This document shows, in pieces, positions 48,516 through 58,771 of a stretch of DNA of 64,000 nucleotides (its first letter is position 1; each line of letters starts with the position of its first letter). The stretch lies in NCBI GenBank assembly GCA_963835575.1, contig CAWIGG010000003.1:96001-160000 (forward strand). Direction: 5' to 3'. This DNA is from an uncultured Spirochaetota bacterium. Its GTDB lineage: Bacteria > Spirochaetota > Brevinematia > Brevinematales > JAOACQ01. Below the pieces are notes generated by a model. That model searched no databases, was not told where the DNA came from, and saw only the letters and a list, made by a program, of their open reading frames with translations. The position numbers were made by a program, and so were the translations under genes.

Positions 48516-50489
48516 TTACGGCTCTATTCCCCAGGAAAGAGTTCCAGATACATATGCTGTGACTTTATTCCAATCGACATAGGATGTCGCCGTTGAATTA
48601 AATGAATAATCATTTGTCTGACTATAATTTGACCAGTCAGCTTTTGTTAATCTAACCTGGACTTCCGTGTTCGCTCCGGCGCTGATACTTCCCGCTGCAC
48701 TGGAAAATCCGATTTCAGCGTAATAATCGGCCGTATTCTTAGGTGTCGTCATTTTAACAAACACATTTGTAATATTCGCGGATCCCGCTGTAGCGTAGTC
48801 AACCCAGAAATTCTGCGCCTCTTCACCATCAATTGTATAGTAGTATCTCATTTTGATATTGGTCAGGTTTACTGCCGAGGTACCGGTATTTATCAGATTG
48901 AATTTAAGGGAGAGGGTATTCTCTGTCGCAGCAGTATTCAAATTAAAAAACTGAACTTTTAATATTCCGGCTGCAGAAGAAGCCGTACTGGAAGAAACTG
49001 AGGCCGTGACGCTTGATTTCATACTGCTCACTAAGGAGCTCGCAGCTACGGACGACGCAACACTGGACCGGCTTGAACTCGCAGCTATGGACAACGCTAT
49101 ACTCGCCACGCTAGAACTTGCCGCTATAGATGACGCCGCTGCACTCGAACGGCTTGAACTCGCGGCTACGGACGACGCTATACTCGCCACGCTAGAACTT
49201 GCCGCTATAGATGACGCCGCTGAAGAAGATACGGCTGTTGAGGAAGCAGACGATGAAGCAGTAGTGAACGGCTGTAAATAGGGTTTAATCAGATTATACT
49301 TCCCGGTGCTGACACTCACCCAGTCATCCTGTAAAATACCGCCTGTATCCCCGGAATCACAGTTCCAGCTCCAGAATGTAAAAGATGCACTTTTACCTAT
49401 ATATTGCAGCCAGGTTGTAAGCCATTTATATGGGATAGAACTGGGATTCGTCGCGCTTTCTTCCTTTATGCCTACTTCACCGAAATAGACTGTCGCCAGA
49501 TTTTGCTTCGTCAGATACCAGTAATAGCTGTCCCACACGCCCTGCATGTTATTCGGGAAAGTTGGATCATCAAACCAGGGCTGATCGGCGACTTCGGGAC
49601 CGTATTCGTGGACTGAGTACCAGAGATGGTCCTTAGGTATGTTTGTAATAGGCTTATTTTGTACTCCCTGAAGGTTCCCGCCCCACCAATAGTTGCTGCA
49701 ATTATATTCCTGCACGCCCTGGACAATAAAAATGATATCGGAATCTACGGCATAAAGAGCATTGACGCATCTCTGCGCGGCTCCCTGCCAGTCCGTATTC
49801 GTATAGCCGGGAGCATCATAACCCCAGGTAGCCGGAGGTTTCATACCGGTGCCTAAAAATCCTCCATGAGGCTCGTTTTTAATATCCACACCGATGAAAT
49901 TCGGATAAACTTTATATCGATTCAGCATCATTGTCCAGTCTGATATCCATTGCGCCTCGGAGCAGTTGGTGGTGTACCATAAAGTCTCATTCATATAATT
50001 GTCTGCCGTATGGGAATGATTGTCGAGAACAATCTTTATACATAAAGTTCCTGCATATTCCACAATCTTATCAAGTACCTGAAGAGAAGACAATCCCGCC
50101 AGATCGACATTCATATTGGTCTGACCCGTATACGGATCTGTCCCATAAGCATTTATCTGGATACTGCCCGGGGTCTTTGTCAGCATATCGTTGCACCATG
50201 GTATCCTAATGCAGTTAAAGCCAAGGTCTCTCATCTGCTGGATCATGGATTTATAGTCCCTGGCCCAGAGGCCATGAGGCACATAGTTGCTTGTCTCAAA
50301 TCCGAACCAGTTTACGCCGGTCAATCTTCCCACCGTTGATGTGTTGATCGCTCTTGTTTGAGCGCCATCACCGTTTAAGGAAGAATTCGGCAGATTTTTA
50401 TCCTGATTCATATTATTGATTGAGCATGAAACAAATAATGATAATGAAAATAATACCGTGAATAGTATTATGATCCTTTTCCCTTTCAT
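48516..50489 (-). CDS. GH5 endoglucanase lipoprotein with Ser/Ala linker and CBM3
   Basis: Lipobox LFVSC; same catalytic domain; C-terminal IKMRYYYT...ADYY...DWSNYSQTNDYSF...WGIEP. Confidence 0.92.
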   Translation of the reverse strand: MKGKRIIILFTVLFSLSLFVSCSINNMNQDKNLPNSSLNGDGAQTRAINTSTVGRLTGVNWFGFETSNYVPHGLWARDYKSMIQQMRDLGFNCIRIPWCNDMLTKTPGSIQINAYGTDPYTGQTNMNVDLAGLSSLQVLDKIVEYAGTLCIKIVLDNHSHTADNYMNETLWYTTNCSEAQWISDWTMMLNRYKVYPNFIGVDIKNEPHGGFLGTGMKPPATWGYDAPGYTNTDWQGAAQRCVNALYAVDSDIIFIVQGVQEYNCSNYWWGGNLQGVQNKPITNIPKDHLWYSVHEYGPEVADQPWFDDPTFPNNMQGVWDSYYWYLTKQNLATVYFGEVGIKEESATNPSSIPYKWLTTWLQYIGKSASFTFWSWNCDSGDTGGILQDDWVSVSTGKYNLIKPYLQPFTTASSSASSTAVSSSAASSIAASSSVASIASSVAASSSRSSAAASSIAASSSVASIALSIAASSSRSSVASSVAASSLVSSMKSSVTASVSSSTASSAAGILKVQFFNLNTAATENTLSLKFNLINTGTSAVNLTNIKMRYYYTIDGEEAQNFWVDYATAGSANITNVFVKMTTPKNTADYYAEIGFSSAAGSISAGANTEVQVRLTKADWSNYSQTNDYSFNSTATSYVDWNKVTAYVSGTLSWGIEP

Positions 50490-50649
50490 AAAAACCTCCT
50501 CAAAATGAATTAAGTTGAGAGAAAGCAAATCAATCAAAACAACTTAACTTAAACAAATAAAACCATCACTCTTTAAAGTTTTTTATGAAAGGAAAATATT
50601 AAATAGATAGGTCTTAGAAAGGGTGCTTTACTCCCCTTTTTTCATTAGT

Positions 50650-50720
50650 ATTATAGAATCAAACAGCCGAATTACACCATACCTTCGGTATGGTTTTTGT
50701 CCCACCATGAGTAGGATTTT
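50650..50720 (-). promoter_or_regulatory. TATAAT box plus double palindromic operator
   Basis: accataccttcggtatggt-tttt-gtcccaccatgagtaggat. Confidence 0.6.
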
Positions 50721-50758
50721 AATTTAAATATGAAATAATGAAAAAAATCTTATTTTGA

Positions 50759-51208
50759 TCATGGTCCGATAAAAACGGACTCTTTTATTGTGTTCCCGAG
50801 AATAAAAACATCAAAGTTGTCCAGTTCTTTTGCTTTGTATTTAACCGTTAAATTATACTCCAGTTTGGAGATATCTAACCGTTTTTTTATGACTTCAATA
50901 TACTCTTTCTCAAAATATTCAGGAAAGCGGCTGACCTGGACCCGTAAAGATTTTAAGCCGGGGTGCTTTTTTATCAGTTCCATTTTCCCTGTTAACAGAG
51001 CTCCGGCATCCTTCCTTACCTCATGAAAAGCGGAAATGTAATCCTCTTTAGTTCCGATTTTTTCCAGCCGGCTGATATAATTTTCTTCGAAATCTATCAC
51101 GTTTTCCAGATGATTAATCATAGCCGCTTTTTCGTCTTTATTGAAACCTGCCGAACAGCCGTATAACCCGATGATGAGGAATAAAAAAATAAATCTGCAT
51201 CTTTTCAT
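50759..51208 (-). CDS. Hypothetical lipoprotein
   Basis: Signal peptide ending LYGC. Confidence 0.6.
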   Translation of the reverse strand: MKRCRFIFLFLIIGLYGCSAGFNKDEKAAMINHLENVIDFEENYISRLEKIGTKEDYISAFHEVRKDAGALLTGKMELIKKHPGLKSLRVQVSRFPEYFEKEYIEVIKKRLDISKLEYNLTVKYKAKELDNFDVFILGNTIKESVFIGP

Positions 51209-51225
51209 ATTATAAAGATTATATC

Positions 51226-52002
51226 TTAAAATTTAGGAATATTCAAAAAGTTTTTGATAGCCGCGCTTCTATCTCTGGATTTCATAATCACACCGCCTAC
51301 AAGAATTCCATCAAAACCAGCTTTAGCAAATCTTATCGCGTCTTCACGGTCTTTACATGAAGAAAGGCTCAGCTTCACGATTCCAGAAGGAATAAGAGGC
51401 GCCAGTTCTTCAGCATGCCGCGGATTTTCCTCTAAATTGGCAAGATTACGGTTATTGATCCCGATGATCTCAGCCCCTAATTCCGCGGCCCTTTTAACAT
51501 TCTGAGGAAAATGCGCTTCAACAAGGGCATCCATACCGAGTGATCCGGCATATTCATAAAGGTCCAGAAGACTTTTATCATCCATGATTTCAGTAATAAG
51601 AAGCACCGCGCTCGCGCCGGAGATCAATGCCAGGTCAATCTGGATTCTGTCAATAATAAAATCCTTGCAGAGAAGGGGGATTTTTATATTATGGGATATT
51701 TTTTCAAGCACATCGAAATCCCCTCCGAAGAATTTTTGATCAGTCAGTACAGATACGGCATTCACGCCGGAAGCTTCATACAAACCGGCAATTTCAACGG
51801 GATCTTCCTCCTCTGCCATTTTGCCCTGGGAAGGCGATTTTCTTTTAATTTCCGCGATCAAGGCAAGGTTTTCAAACTTTCTCAGTGCTTCGAGAAAAGA
51901 CCCTTTACTTTTATAAGCCTGATCAATATGTTCTCCATACAGATTTTTATATAACCGGACTTCATTTCTTTTATTCTCCATAATATCATCTAATATTGAC
52001 AT
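51226..52002 (-). CDS. trpC: Indole-3-glycerol phosphate synthase
   Basis: IAEIKRKSPS, SVLTD, KDFI, GINNRNL. Confidence 0.93.
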   Translation of the reverse strand: MSILDDIMENKRNEVRLYKNLYGEHIDQAYKSKGSFLEALRKFENLALIAEIKRKSPSQGKMAEEEDPVEIAGLYEASGVNAVSVLTDQKFFGGDFDVLEKISHNIKIPLLCKDFIIDRIQIDLALISGASAVLLITEIMDDKSLLDLYEYAGSLGMDALVEAHFPQNVKRAAELGAEIIGINNRNLANLEENPRHAEELAPLIPSGIVKLSLSSCKDREDAIRFAKAGFDGILVGGVIMKSRDRSAAIKNFLNIPKF

Positions 52003-52047
52003 GCACTGCCTCCTCATTTGCCGCGATGACAGGCGGCATCATGCCGC

Positions 52048-53661
52048 TTATTTATTATTTGTGTAGTAAATCAAGTCCTGAAGCGCTTTAAAAGCTTTTC
52101 CGCTATCGATGGATTCCTCGGCTGCCTGAAAAGCTTTATTCAGCGGCATTTCCTTTGCGACATATATGGCGAGTCCCGCATTGAGCACGACCGCTTTGCG
52201 CGGATCGCCTTTCTCAACGCCCCTGAGGATATTGAGCATCATACTGGCACTTTCTTCAGGAGTATCCACTTTAAGGTTTTGATTTTTACCGCTTAGCCCG
52301 AAATCTTCAGCGTTAATAACCTTATCAGTAATTTTACCATCATGAATTTCCTTGATGTACGTTTTTCCCTCAATGCTGGCCTCGTCCAGCCCGCCCTCTC
52401 CATGAATAACCATGGAATGCTTATGACCGAGATATAAAAATACCGGCGGGATCAATTCCAGGAGCTCTTTTGAATATACCCCCATAACATGGTACTTGAC
52501 AGCCGCCGGGTTAACAATAGGACCGAGTATGTTGAAAAGCGTCCTGACTCCGATTTCACGGCGCGTCGGCATCACATACTTCATGGCCGGATGATAGAGC
52601 GTCGCGAAGATAAAACCGATCCTGGCCTTATCCATGCACTTTTCTACTTCTTCCTTGCTGAGCTGGATATTGACGCCGAGCTTTTCCAGCACATCCGCCG
52701 ATCCGCTGTGGCTGGTAACAGAACGGTTGCCGTGCTTGGCGACTGTAATGCCGCTGCCGGCCACAACAAAAGCGCTGGCTGTTGAGATGTTGAACGATCC
52801 GGAATTGTCGCCTCCGCTGCCGCATGTATCCACAACCGTATTTTTACCCGATTCTATCCTGACGCAGACGTTGAACATCGACTCTGCGCTTCCCGCGATT
52901 TCGTCCGAAGTTTCCCCTTTCATTTTCAGGCCCATCAGGTAAGCGCTTACCTGCGAATGCGTGGCGTTTCCCTTCATAATATAGTCCATCATTTCCTTCG
53001 CTTCATCTTTCTTCAGGTCGTTTCTTTCGCTCACCTTTTTAATGAAAGACTTTATCCGGCCGGATATCTTGTCGCTTTGCTGGACTTCCTTCTTTTTCAT
53101 CACAATATTTACAAAGTTTTTGATGATGGCTTTCCCGTCTTCCGTAAGTATGGATTCGGGATGGAACTGAATGCCGTACACATCCTTGCCCTTCACCTTC
53201 ACTCCCATAATCTCGCCGTCATCGCTTTCGGCAATGATCTCAAGCTTTGCCGGAAGGCTTTCCCTCTTCGCGACAAGAGAATGGTATCTGATGCCGGAAA
53301 GGGAGCTTTTTACTCCTTCAAAAATATCCTTCCCGTTATGCTGTATTACCGAAGATTTCCCATGAAGAATATTCTTTGCCCCGATAATATCACCGCCGTA
53401 CCCGTAGGCTATGCCCTGATGGCCGAGACAAACGCCGAGCAGCGGGATATCATTATCATTCTTGATGAGGTCCATCGACACATGGGAATCTTCCGGCCGT
53501 CCCGGGCCGGGAGATATGATAATACCGTCCGGGCTCATCGCCAGCGCCTTGTCCAGAGTGATCTGATCGTTCCTGTAAACTTTGATGTCGCTGTAGAACT
53601 CGCCGACATACTGCACAATGTTGTAGATAAAAGAATCATAATTATCAATGACAAGAATCAT
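52048..53661 (-). CDS. trpGD: Fused anthranilate synthase component II / anthranilate phosphoribosyltransferase
   Basis: IDNYDSF, GVCLGHQ, QFHPES; then DTCGSGGD, KHGNRS, GLDE. Confidence 0.95.
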   Translation of the reverse strand: MILVIDNYDSFIYNIVQYVGEFYSDIKVYRNDQITLDKALAMSPDGIIISPGPGRPEDSHVSMDLIKNDNDIPLLGVCLGHQGIAYGYGGDIIGAKNILHGKSSVIQHNGKDIFEGVKSSLSGIRYHSLVAKRESLPAKLEIIAESDDGEIMGVKVKGKDVYGIQFHPESILTEDGKAIIKNFVNIVMKKKEVQQSDKISGRIKSFIKKVSERNDLKKDEAKEMMDYIMKGNATHSQVSAYLMGLKMKGETSDEIAGSAESMFNVCVRIESGKNTVVDTCGSGGDNSGSFNISTASAFVVAGSGITVAKHGNRSVTSHSGSADVLEKLGVNIQLSKEEVEKCMDKARIGFIFATLYHPAMKYVMPTRREIGVRTLFNILGPIVNPAAVKYHVMGVYSKELLELIPPVFLYLGHKHSMVIHGEGGLDEASIEGKTYIKEIHDGKITDKVINAEDFGLSGKNQNLKVDTPEESASMMLNILRGVEKGDPRKAVVLNAGLAIYVAKEMPLNKAFQAAEESIDSGKAFKALQDLIYYTNNK

Positions 53662-53739
53662 AAACTTTCCTCCTTTAACCCTGATCTTAGAGATCATAAG
53701 TCATTTTTATAATTTCTTTTGAAATTATTCAAACTTTTA

Positions 53740-54213
53740 CTATTCCCCGGCAGGAATATTACTTTTATTCTTCTCCATAATGACCAGCGTCACCTGTTCC
53801 GTTTCTTTGTTACTGCCCGTTATCCGGTAGCCGAGTTTCTGATAAAAATGAAGATTCCTTTCACTTTTCTCCCCGGTGCCCAGAAAATATTTCTGGGCTT
53901 CGGGATAGACGGCTTCCGCCGCATTCATGATCGCCTTTCCATAGCCCCGGTTCTGGAAATCCGGGTGGACGATCACGCGCCCGATATAAGCGGTATGGCC
54001 AGTCTTTTTCACCCGGGCCGAAGCAATAATCCGCCCGTCAATAAGTCCCTTCAGAATCACATACTCATCAAAAGCCTTCTCCATTGAGTCCTGCGTTTCC
54101 AATAGAGGCGGGATATTAAAATCATTATAGAATATCGCCTCGCTGTAAAATGCCGTTTTCTGCAGATTGAGAATTTCCCCGGCGTCCTTAACTGACGCGT
54201 TTTCAATAATCAC
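53740..54213 (-). CDS. GNAT family N-acetyltransferase
   Basis: VHPDFQNRGYGK, FYQKLGY. Confidence 0.9.
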   Translation of the reverse strand: MIIENASVKDAGEILNLQKTAFYSEAIFYNDFNIPPLLETQDSMEKAFDEYVILKGLIDGRIIASARVKKTGHTAYIGRVIVHPDFQNRGYGKAIMNAAEAVYPEAQKYFLGTGEKSERNLHFYQKLGYRITGSNKETEQVTLVIMEKNKSNIPAGE

Positions 54214-54899
54214 GCCGCTTCTCCTTTTATGACCATCATCTGGTTTCCGCCTTTCTGAAATTCATAATCAACCTTCTCAATGGATACCGATTTTCCTTCC
54301 TTCATTATCACCATTTTCACTTCCTCAACATAAAGTGATAGGTTTCCATTCACGTCAAGCAGGGGAAATATCCGCGCTTCTTTAGCAACCCGGCACATCT
54401 CCCGGACAGACTCAATATGAAAATCAAGAGATAAATTATCCGTATAGAGAAACAGAAAATGAGAACTGAGTGCAATATCAAACTCCCTGTCACGCACGGG
54501 CAGTACCGGCAGTTCCGCGTCAATATACCTTTTTTCCATCTTGCCTTTCTCAAAATCCTCCAGAAACGACCTCATCGCATCCATCCTGATCTTTCCCAGT
54601 TCTTCCACAGAAGGAATATCCTTCCAGATAAATTTATTCCTATTGGAGTAAGTCTGTCCGATCACAACCGCATAGGTCTCACGGATCCTTTTTTCAATAT
54701 CCCTGACGGACATCTGGTAAATGGGATCTATCGAAACAGCCTGGTATCCCATCCGGGCCATCATGCTGTTAAAGCTTGCCGGACCGTCGCCGCAGCCCAG
54801 TATCTTCTTTTTCAAATCCGCTTCCTTCAGACCGAACATGCGGACATATTCCTCAAAAGACCTGCCCCATGGCACAACTGATTTATAATGAAATGCCAT
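54210..54899 (-). CDS. SAM-dependent methyltransferase-like protein
   Basis: WGRSFEEY, GCGDGPASFN, LSSHFLFLY, YEFQKGGN. Confidence 0.8.
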   Translation of the reverse strand: MAFHYKSVVPWGRSFEEYVRMFGLKEADLKKKILGCGDGPASFNSMMARMGYQAVSIDPIYQMSVRDIEKRIRETYAVVIGQTYSNRNKFIWKDIPSVEELGKIRMDAMRSFLEDFEKGKMEKRYIDAELPVLPVRDREFDIALSSHFLFLYTDNLSLDFHIESVREMCRVAKEARIFPLLDVNGNLSLYVEEVKMVIMKEGKSVSIEKVDYEFQKGGNQMMVIKGEAA

Positions 54900-54911
54900 A
54901 ATCGCCTCCTA

Positions 54912-55643
54912 TTATTTCGTCCCGCCGAATAACGCGAATATACCGTATTTATAGAAACAGTCCGCGTCCCTGAACCCGGTCTGCCTTAAAGCTTCCAGCT
55001 GGTCAAAGAGACCGCCGGGTTTATTTTCAGGCTTGTTTTTATAATTCTCCGGCAGATTGTCATGCGTTCCTATTTCATCCCTTCTATTGTTTGCCGATAA
55101 TGTCTCATTCATCCAGTCTCTCCACATCCGGAACTGCCATTTTTCGCTCTTTTCGGAAGGCGGTAGAACCACGTCAATATTCAGGAAGAGCCCGCCGGAT
55201 TTTAATACCCTGAAAATTTTTGAATACAGCCTGTTTTTATTCAATATATCCAGGTGATGGATCGCCATGGATGAATAGATAAAATCATATTTCAATTCGT
55301 CCGAATCTTCCGCAATATAATCCTCAAAAGTCCTGAATAAAAAGATGAAATTCCCGGCCTGTAATTCTTTTTTTGCCTTATTCAGCATGATTTCGGAACC
55401 GTCCAGAAGCTCAAATTGATTGTTGGGATATTTCCGGGCCAGAATTTTACTGATCACTCCGTCGCCGCAGCCAAGGTCCAGAAACATCAGATTTTCTCTG
55501 TTTTCAAAGTGATACTGGAAGATGTCCATCAATAATTTGATAGTCCTTTTCCTCTCTATCAGGATCACGTCATTGGAATTCAGGTAATAATTAATCTGCT
55601 CCATTCCTCTGTCATTGATCCAGTTATTGTTTTTATCTATCAT
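54912..55643 (-). CDS. Class I SAM-dependent methyltransferase
   Basis: LDLGCGDG, SSMAIHHL, LKSGG. Confidence 0.88.
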   Translation of the reverse strand: MIDKNNNWINDRGMEQINYYLNSNDVILIERKRTIKLLMDIFQYHFENRENLMFLDLGCGDGVISKILARKYPNNQFELLDGSEIMLNKAKKELQAGNFIFLFRTFEDYIAEDSDELKYDFIYSSMAIHHLDILNKNRLYSKIFRVLKSGGLFLNIDVVLPPSEKSEKWQFRMWRDWMNETLSANNRRDEIGTHDNLPENYKNKPENKPGGLFDQLEALRQTGFRDADCFYKYGIFALFGGTK

Positions 55644-55947
55644 TATCTTCCCCGCTTATTTTTATCTTTTTATAATCTTTCTTTTCTTTTTGTATAAAAG
55701 CGCCTGTTATCGCCCGATAAACTTTTTCGGCGATATCCGGGTCCATGCCGTATTGAGCGGCATTCACCCTGCTCTTTTCCAGTACTTTTCTGACCCTGTC
55801 CGGCGCTTTAACATCTTTAATACTTGACTTCAAGCTCGCCGCCTTTTTAACAAAAGAACTTCTAAGCGCCAGAAGCTTTATAATTTCCAGATCGATCCTG
55901 TCGATTTCCGTCCTGACTTCTTTCAGCGTATAAGATTTATTTTCCAT
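55633..55947 (-). CDS. Chorismate mutase (AroQ/PchB-like)
   Basis: LKEVRTEIDRIDLEIIKLLALR, APDR. Confidence 0.85.
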   Translation of the reverse strand: MENKSYTLKEVRTEIDRIDLEIIKLLALRSSFVKKAASLKSSIKDVKAPDRVRKVLEKSRVNAAQYGMDPDIAEKVYRAITGAFIQKEKKDYKKIKISGEDNDR

Positions 55948-55956
55948 AAGCCCCTT

Positions 55957-57378
55957 CTATACCAGCGCTGCCATCAAAGCCTTCGCTTTATTAATGCTTT
56001 CCTCGTATTCCCTTTCCGGCACTGAATCATATACAATCCCGGCGCCGGCCTGCAGATAAACGGTTTTATCCTTATAGATCATTGTCCGGATCGTGATGCA
56101 TGTGTCAAGATTGCCGCGAAAGTCGATATAACCGACCGCACCGGCATAGATACCGCGCTTTTCAGGTTCCAGTTCCTCTATAATTTCCATGGCCCTTACT
56201 TTGGGCGCGCCGGAAACCGTACCGGCCGGGAATGTCGCGCCGATGATATCGAGAAGGTGAACATTCTCTTTCGGCCTCCCTATCACATCCGATACAATGT
56301 GCATGACATGGGAATACCGTTCGATATGGAACATATTCTCAACATAAACCGAACCGTATTCCGAGATCTTACCGACGTCATTCCGGGCCAGGTCCAGCAG
56401 CATCGTGTGTTCTGCAAGCTCCTTCCGGTCGCTGAGAAGCTCCTTCTCAATAGACAAATCTTCCGCGGCGTTTCTCCCGCGCTTTCTTGTTCCGGCTATG
56501 GGCCGCTCCAGGACTTCATCCTTCTCCCCGGTTTTGATCCGTTTGACCATCACTTCCGGGGAAGAGCCGATAATTTGAAAGCTGTCAAAATCGATATAAA
56601 ACATATAGGGCGAGGGATTGATCATCCTCAGCTTCCGGTAAATATCGAATGGCGCTGTTTCTGTCTTCATACTGAACTTCTGGGAAAGCACAACCTGAAA
56701 GATGTCGCCCGCTATGATGTATTCCCTGGCCTTTTCCACGGCTTTCATGAAGTTTTCCTTTTTGAAATTGCTGGCGAGGCTTATCTTATTCTGATCCGTT
56801 TCGACAACGCGGCTGGGAGCTTTGGCCTGAAAAAGCCTTTCCTCATATTTCTTTAAGAACTCGCGGGCTTTATCTTCCTCATTCTGATGATAAGTAAAAG
56901 TCATCAGCACCAGCCTCTGGCGTATGTGGTCAAAGGCGATCAGTATCTTCGGAAGGACCATGTATATATCCGGCAGATCCATCCTGTCCGGCTTTGTGTC
57001 CGGAATATTTTCATAATACCGGATCGAGTCGTAGCCGAAATAGCCCACAAGGCCCGCGCTGAAAGGCGGCAGACCTTCATGCTTGATTTCCTCAAATGAG
57101 TCTACTATAGACTTTAACTCATTGACCGGGTTTTCGCTTTCATACTGCTCGATCTGGTTCTGAAAGACAATTTTTACCATCTTTTTCTTGGCGGTAAATT
57201 CGAGCTCGGGCTCGAAGCCGAGGAAGGAATACCGCCCGATCTTTTCACCCATCTCGACGCTTTCAAGAAGAAAGCCTTTTATGCTCTCTTTTTTTAAAGC
57301 GAGAAACGCGGATACGGGCGTCTCGATATCCGCCGGGATTTCTTTATAAACCGGATGGATCTTGAACTTTTCCTTCAT
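55957..57378 (-). CDS. trpE: Anthranilate synthase component I
   Basis: LLESVE, GDIFQVVLSQ, NPSPYM, FPAGTVSGAPK, QAGAGIV. Confidence 0.96.
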   Translation of the reverse strand: MKEKFKIHPVYKEIPADIETPVSAFLALKKESIKGFLLESVEMGEKIGRYSFLGFEPELEFTAKKKMVKIVFQNQIEQYESENPVNELKSIVDSFEEIKHEGLPPFSAGLVGYFGYDSIRYYENIPDTKPDRMDLPDIYMVLPKILIAFDHIRQRLVLMTFTYHQNEEDKAREFLKKYEERLFQAKAPSRVVETDQNKISLASNFKKENFMKAVEKAREYIIAGDIFQVVLSQKFSMKTETAPFDIYRKLRMINPSPYMFYIDFDSFQIIGSSPEVMVKRIKTGEKDEVLERPIAGTRKRGRNAAEDLSIEKELLSDRKELAEHTMLLDLARNDVGKISEYGSVYVENMFHIERYSHVMHIVSDVIGRPKENVHLLDIIGATFPAGTVSGAPKVRAMEIIEELEPEKRGIYAGAVGYIDFRGNLDTCITIRTMIYKDKTVYLQAGAGIVYDSVPEREYEESINKAKALMAALV

Positions 57379-57414
57379 TTTATTCTCCTTTTTTGTTCTT
57401 TTGGATTAAAAATT

Positions 57415-57449
57415 AAAAAACCCGCAGGTGTTTAAACCTGCGGGTTTTT
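57415..57449 (-). terminator. Attenuator terminator upstream of trpE
   Basis: aaaacccgcaggt/acctgcgggtttt plus U-tract, between leader ORF and trpE. Confidence 0.85.
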
Positions 57450-57486
57450 ATCTTATATAATAAGACATATCTCTCCCAACTCGGCA

Positions 57487-57558
57487 CTACACCTCACTTG
57501 ACATAATTTTAAACCACCACCAGAAGAAGAAAAGTTTGGAAATCTGGAGAGAACTCAT
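57487..57558 (-). CDS. trpL: trp operon leader peptide MSSLQISKLFFFWWWFKIMSSEV
   Basis: AAGGAG SD; TTC TTC TTC TGG TGG TGG TTT; TAG stop; followed by terminator. Confidence 0.85.
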   Translation of the reverse strand: MSSLQISKLFFFWWWFKIMSSEV

Positions 57559-57585
57559 TGGAAGTCTCCTTTTTTATCAGGTTTT

Positions 57586-57614
57586 ATTCTAGAGACAAAA
57601 TAATAATATGTCAA
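57586..57614 (-). promoter_or_regulatory. Sigma70 promoter of trp operon
   Basis: TTGACA-N17-TAGAAT. Confidence 0.75.
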
Positions 57615-57680
57615 ATCATATTTGTAAATATTTTAATAAATCTTAAAATCCAGACCCAGATTAATAAAAAATCCGTTGAT

Positions 57681-58270
57681 CTACAGGGGATAACCCGGCG
57701 TCACGCTGAAGAGTTCAAATTCATAACCGGTCCTTAAAATCAATCCGATACTTTCCGACGCTTTCAATTCCATATAAAGGAGAGGAGCCAGGGAGAGCGC
57801 ATAGAGACTGCCGTCAATCGCGCTTCCTGTGTTGGTTTTGATCATTGTAAAGGATGTATTCAGTCTCAGGCCGGGCGCTGTATCAAAACCAAGTCCGATC
57901 TTGAAAGAACGGCCAAGATCAAAGACGGCCAGAGGCTCTATAATAAGGCTCAATTTTGAAGTTTTATAAATTCTATCATAAACATTATCAAAAACAATAA
58001 TATCCGCCGACCTGACCATCTGATATTTATAATCCACCATCATTGCCAGGTCAAGATCAAAACTATTGCTGACGCTCTCAAGCCGAATTGAGCTATGGAA
58101 ATTCCGTATCCGGCACCGAATCCCAGAGTGACGCCGGAATACGCGGCACCCTCAGGCGCCCGGGACGTCATGCCGAGATTATAGGCCGTATTGATATCGA
58201 TAACAATACCGGCAAAAACAGCCCTGCATAGAATTAGAATTAATATCGATAAAATCACTTTCCGCATTGA
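57681..58270 (-). pseudogene. Frameshifted exported beta-strand-rich protein
   Basis: Signal-peptide ORF 58040-58297 and ORF 57681-58043 appear to be parts of one gene. Confidence 0.4.
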
Positions 58271-58771
58271 ACTTTCCCTACTTTTTTTCATAAACATCGT
58301 TAGAATAAGTACCGGGATTTAAAGGCAAGATTGAAATCCCGGCCTCTGAAATCCCTTCCGAGGAAGTCCCGTTCATATAATAATATTGATTGAAGGGCGT
58401 ATTATCGGTAATCATAACATTTGTCGGAACGCCTCCAATGCAGTTTGATGTTATGATCAGGTTCGTAATTATAGAAGAAAGAAATAATACTATTTTCTTC
58501 AAAAAAATCTCCAAAAATGCTCTATCATTTTTAACGGCATTTTATTAAAAACGCTTAAAAAGCATAGCTTCAATAAATTATTTTTATTGAAAATATTGGA
58601 CCGTTATTAAATAACACGGGAGGCGAAACTGTACTGTCGTCCGAAAGCATCCTCCCGGACATTTTCACTGACCGATTTTATTTTTTGATTTTTGTCAGCC
58701 CCATGAGTATAATGACAGATGTCATAAATCGGGGGCTCTGGTATTGCCCTTAATCAGCAGGAAGGATTTAA

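Noticed and set aside
46740..50357. Duplicated GH5 as a DGR template/variable repeat pair
   Set aside because: No adenine-specific mismatches and no reverse transcriptase.
58278..58514. 78-aa ORF as an intact gene
   Set aside because: TTG start and fragment-like; cannot be supported.
58617..58659. cgggagg...cctcccg hairpin as a riboswitch
   Set aside because: Does not match c-di-GMP or other aptamer consensus that I can recognise.
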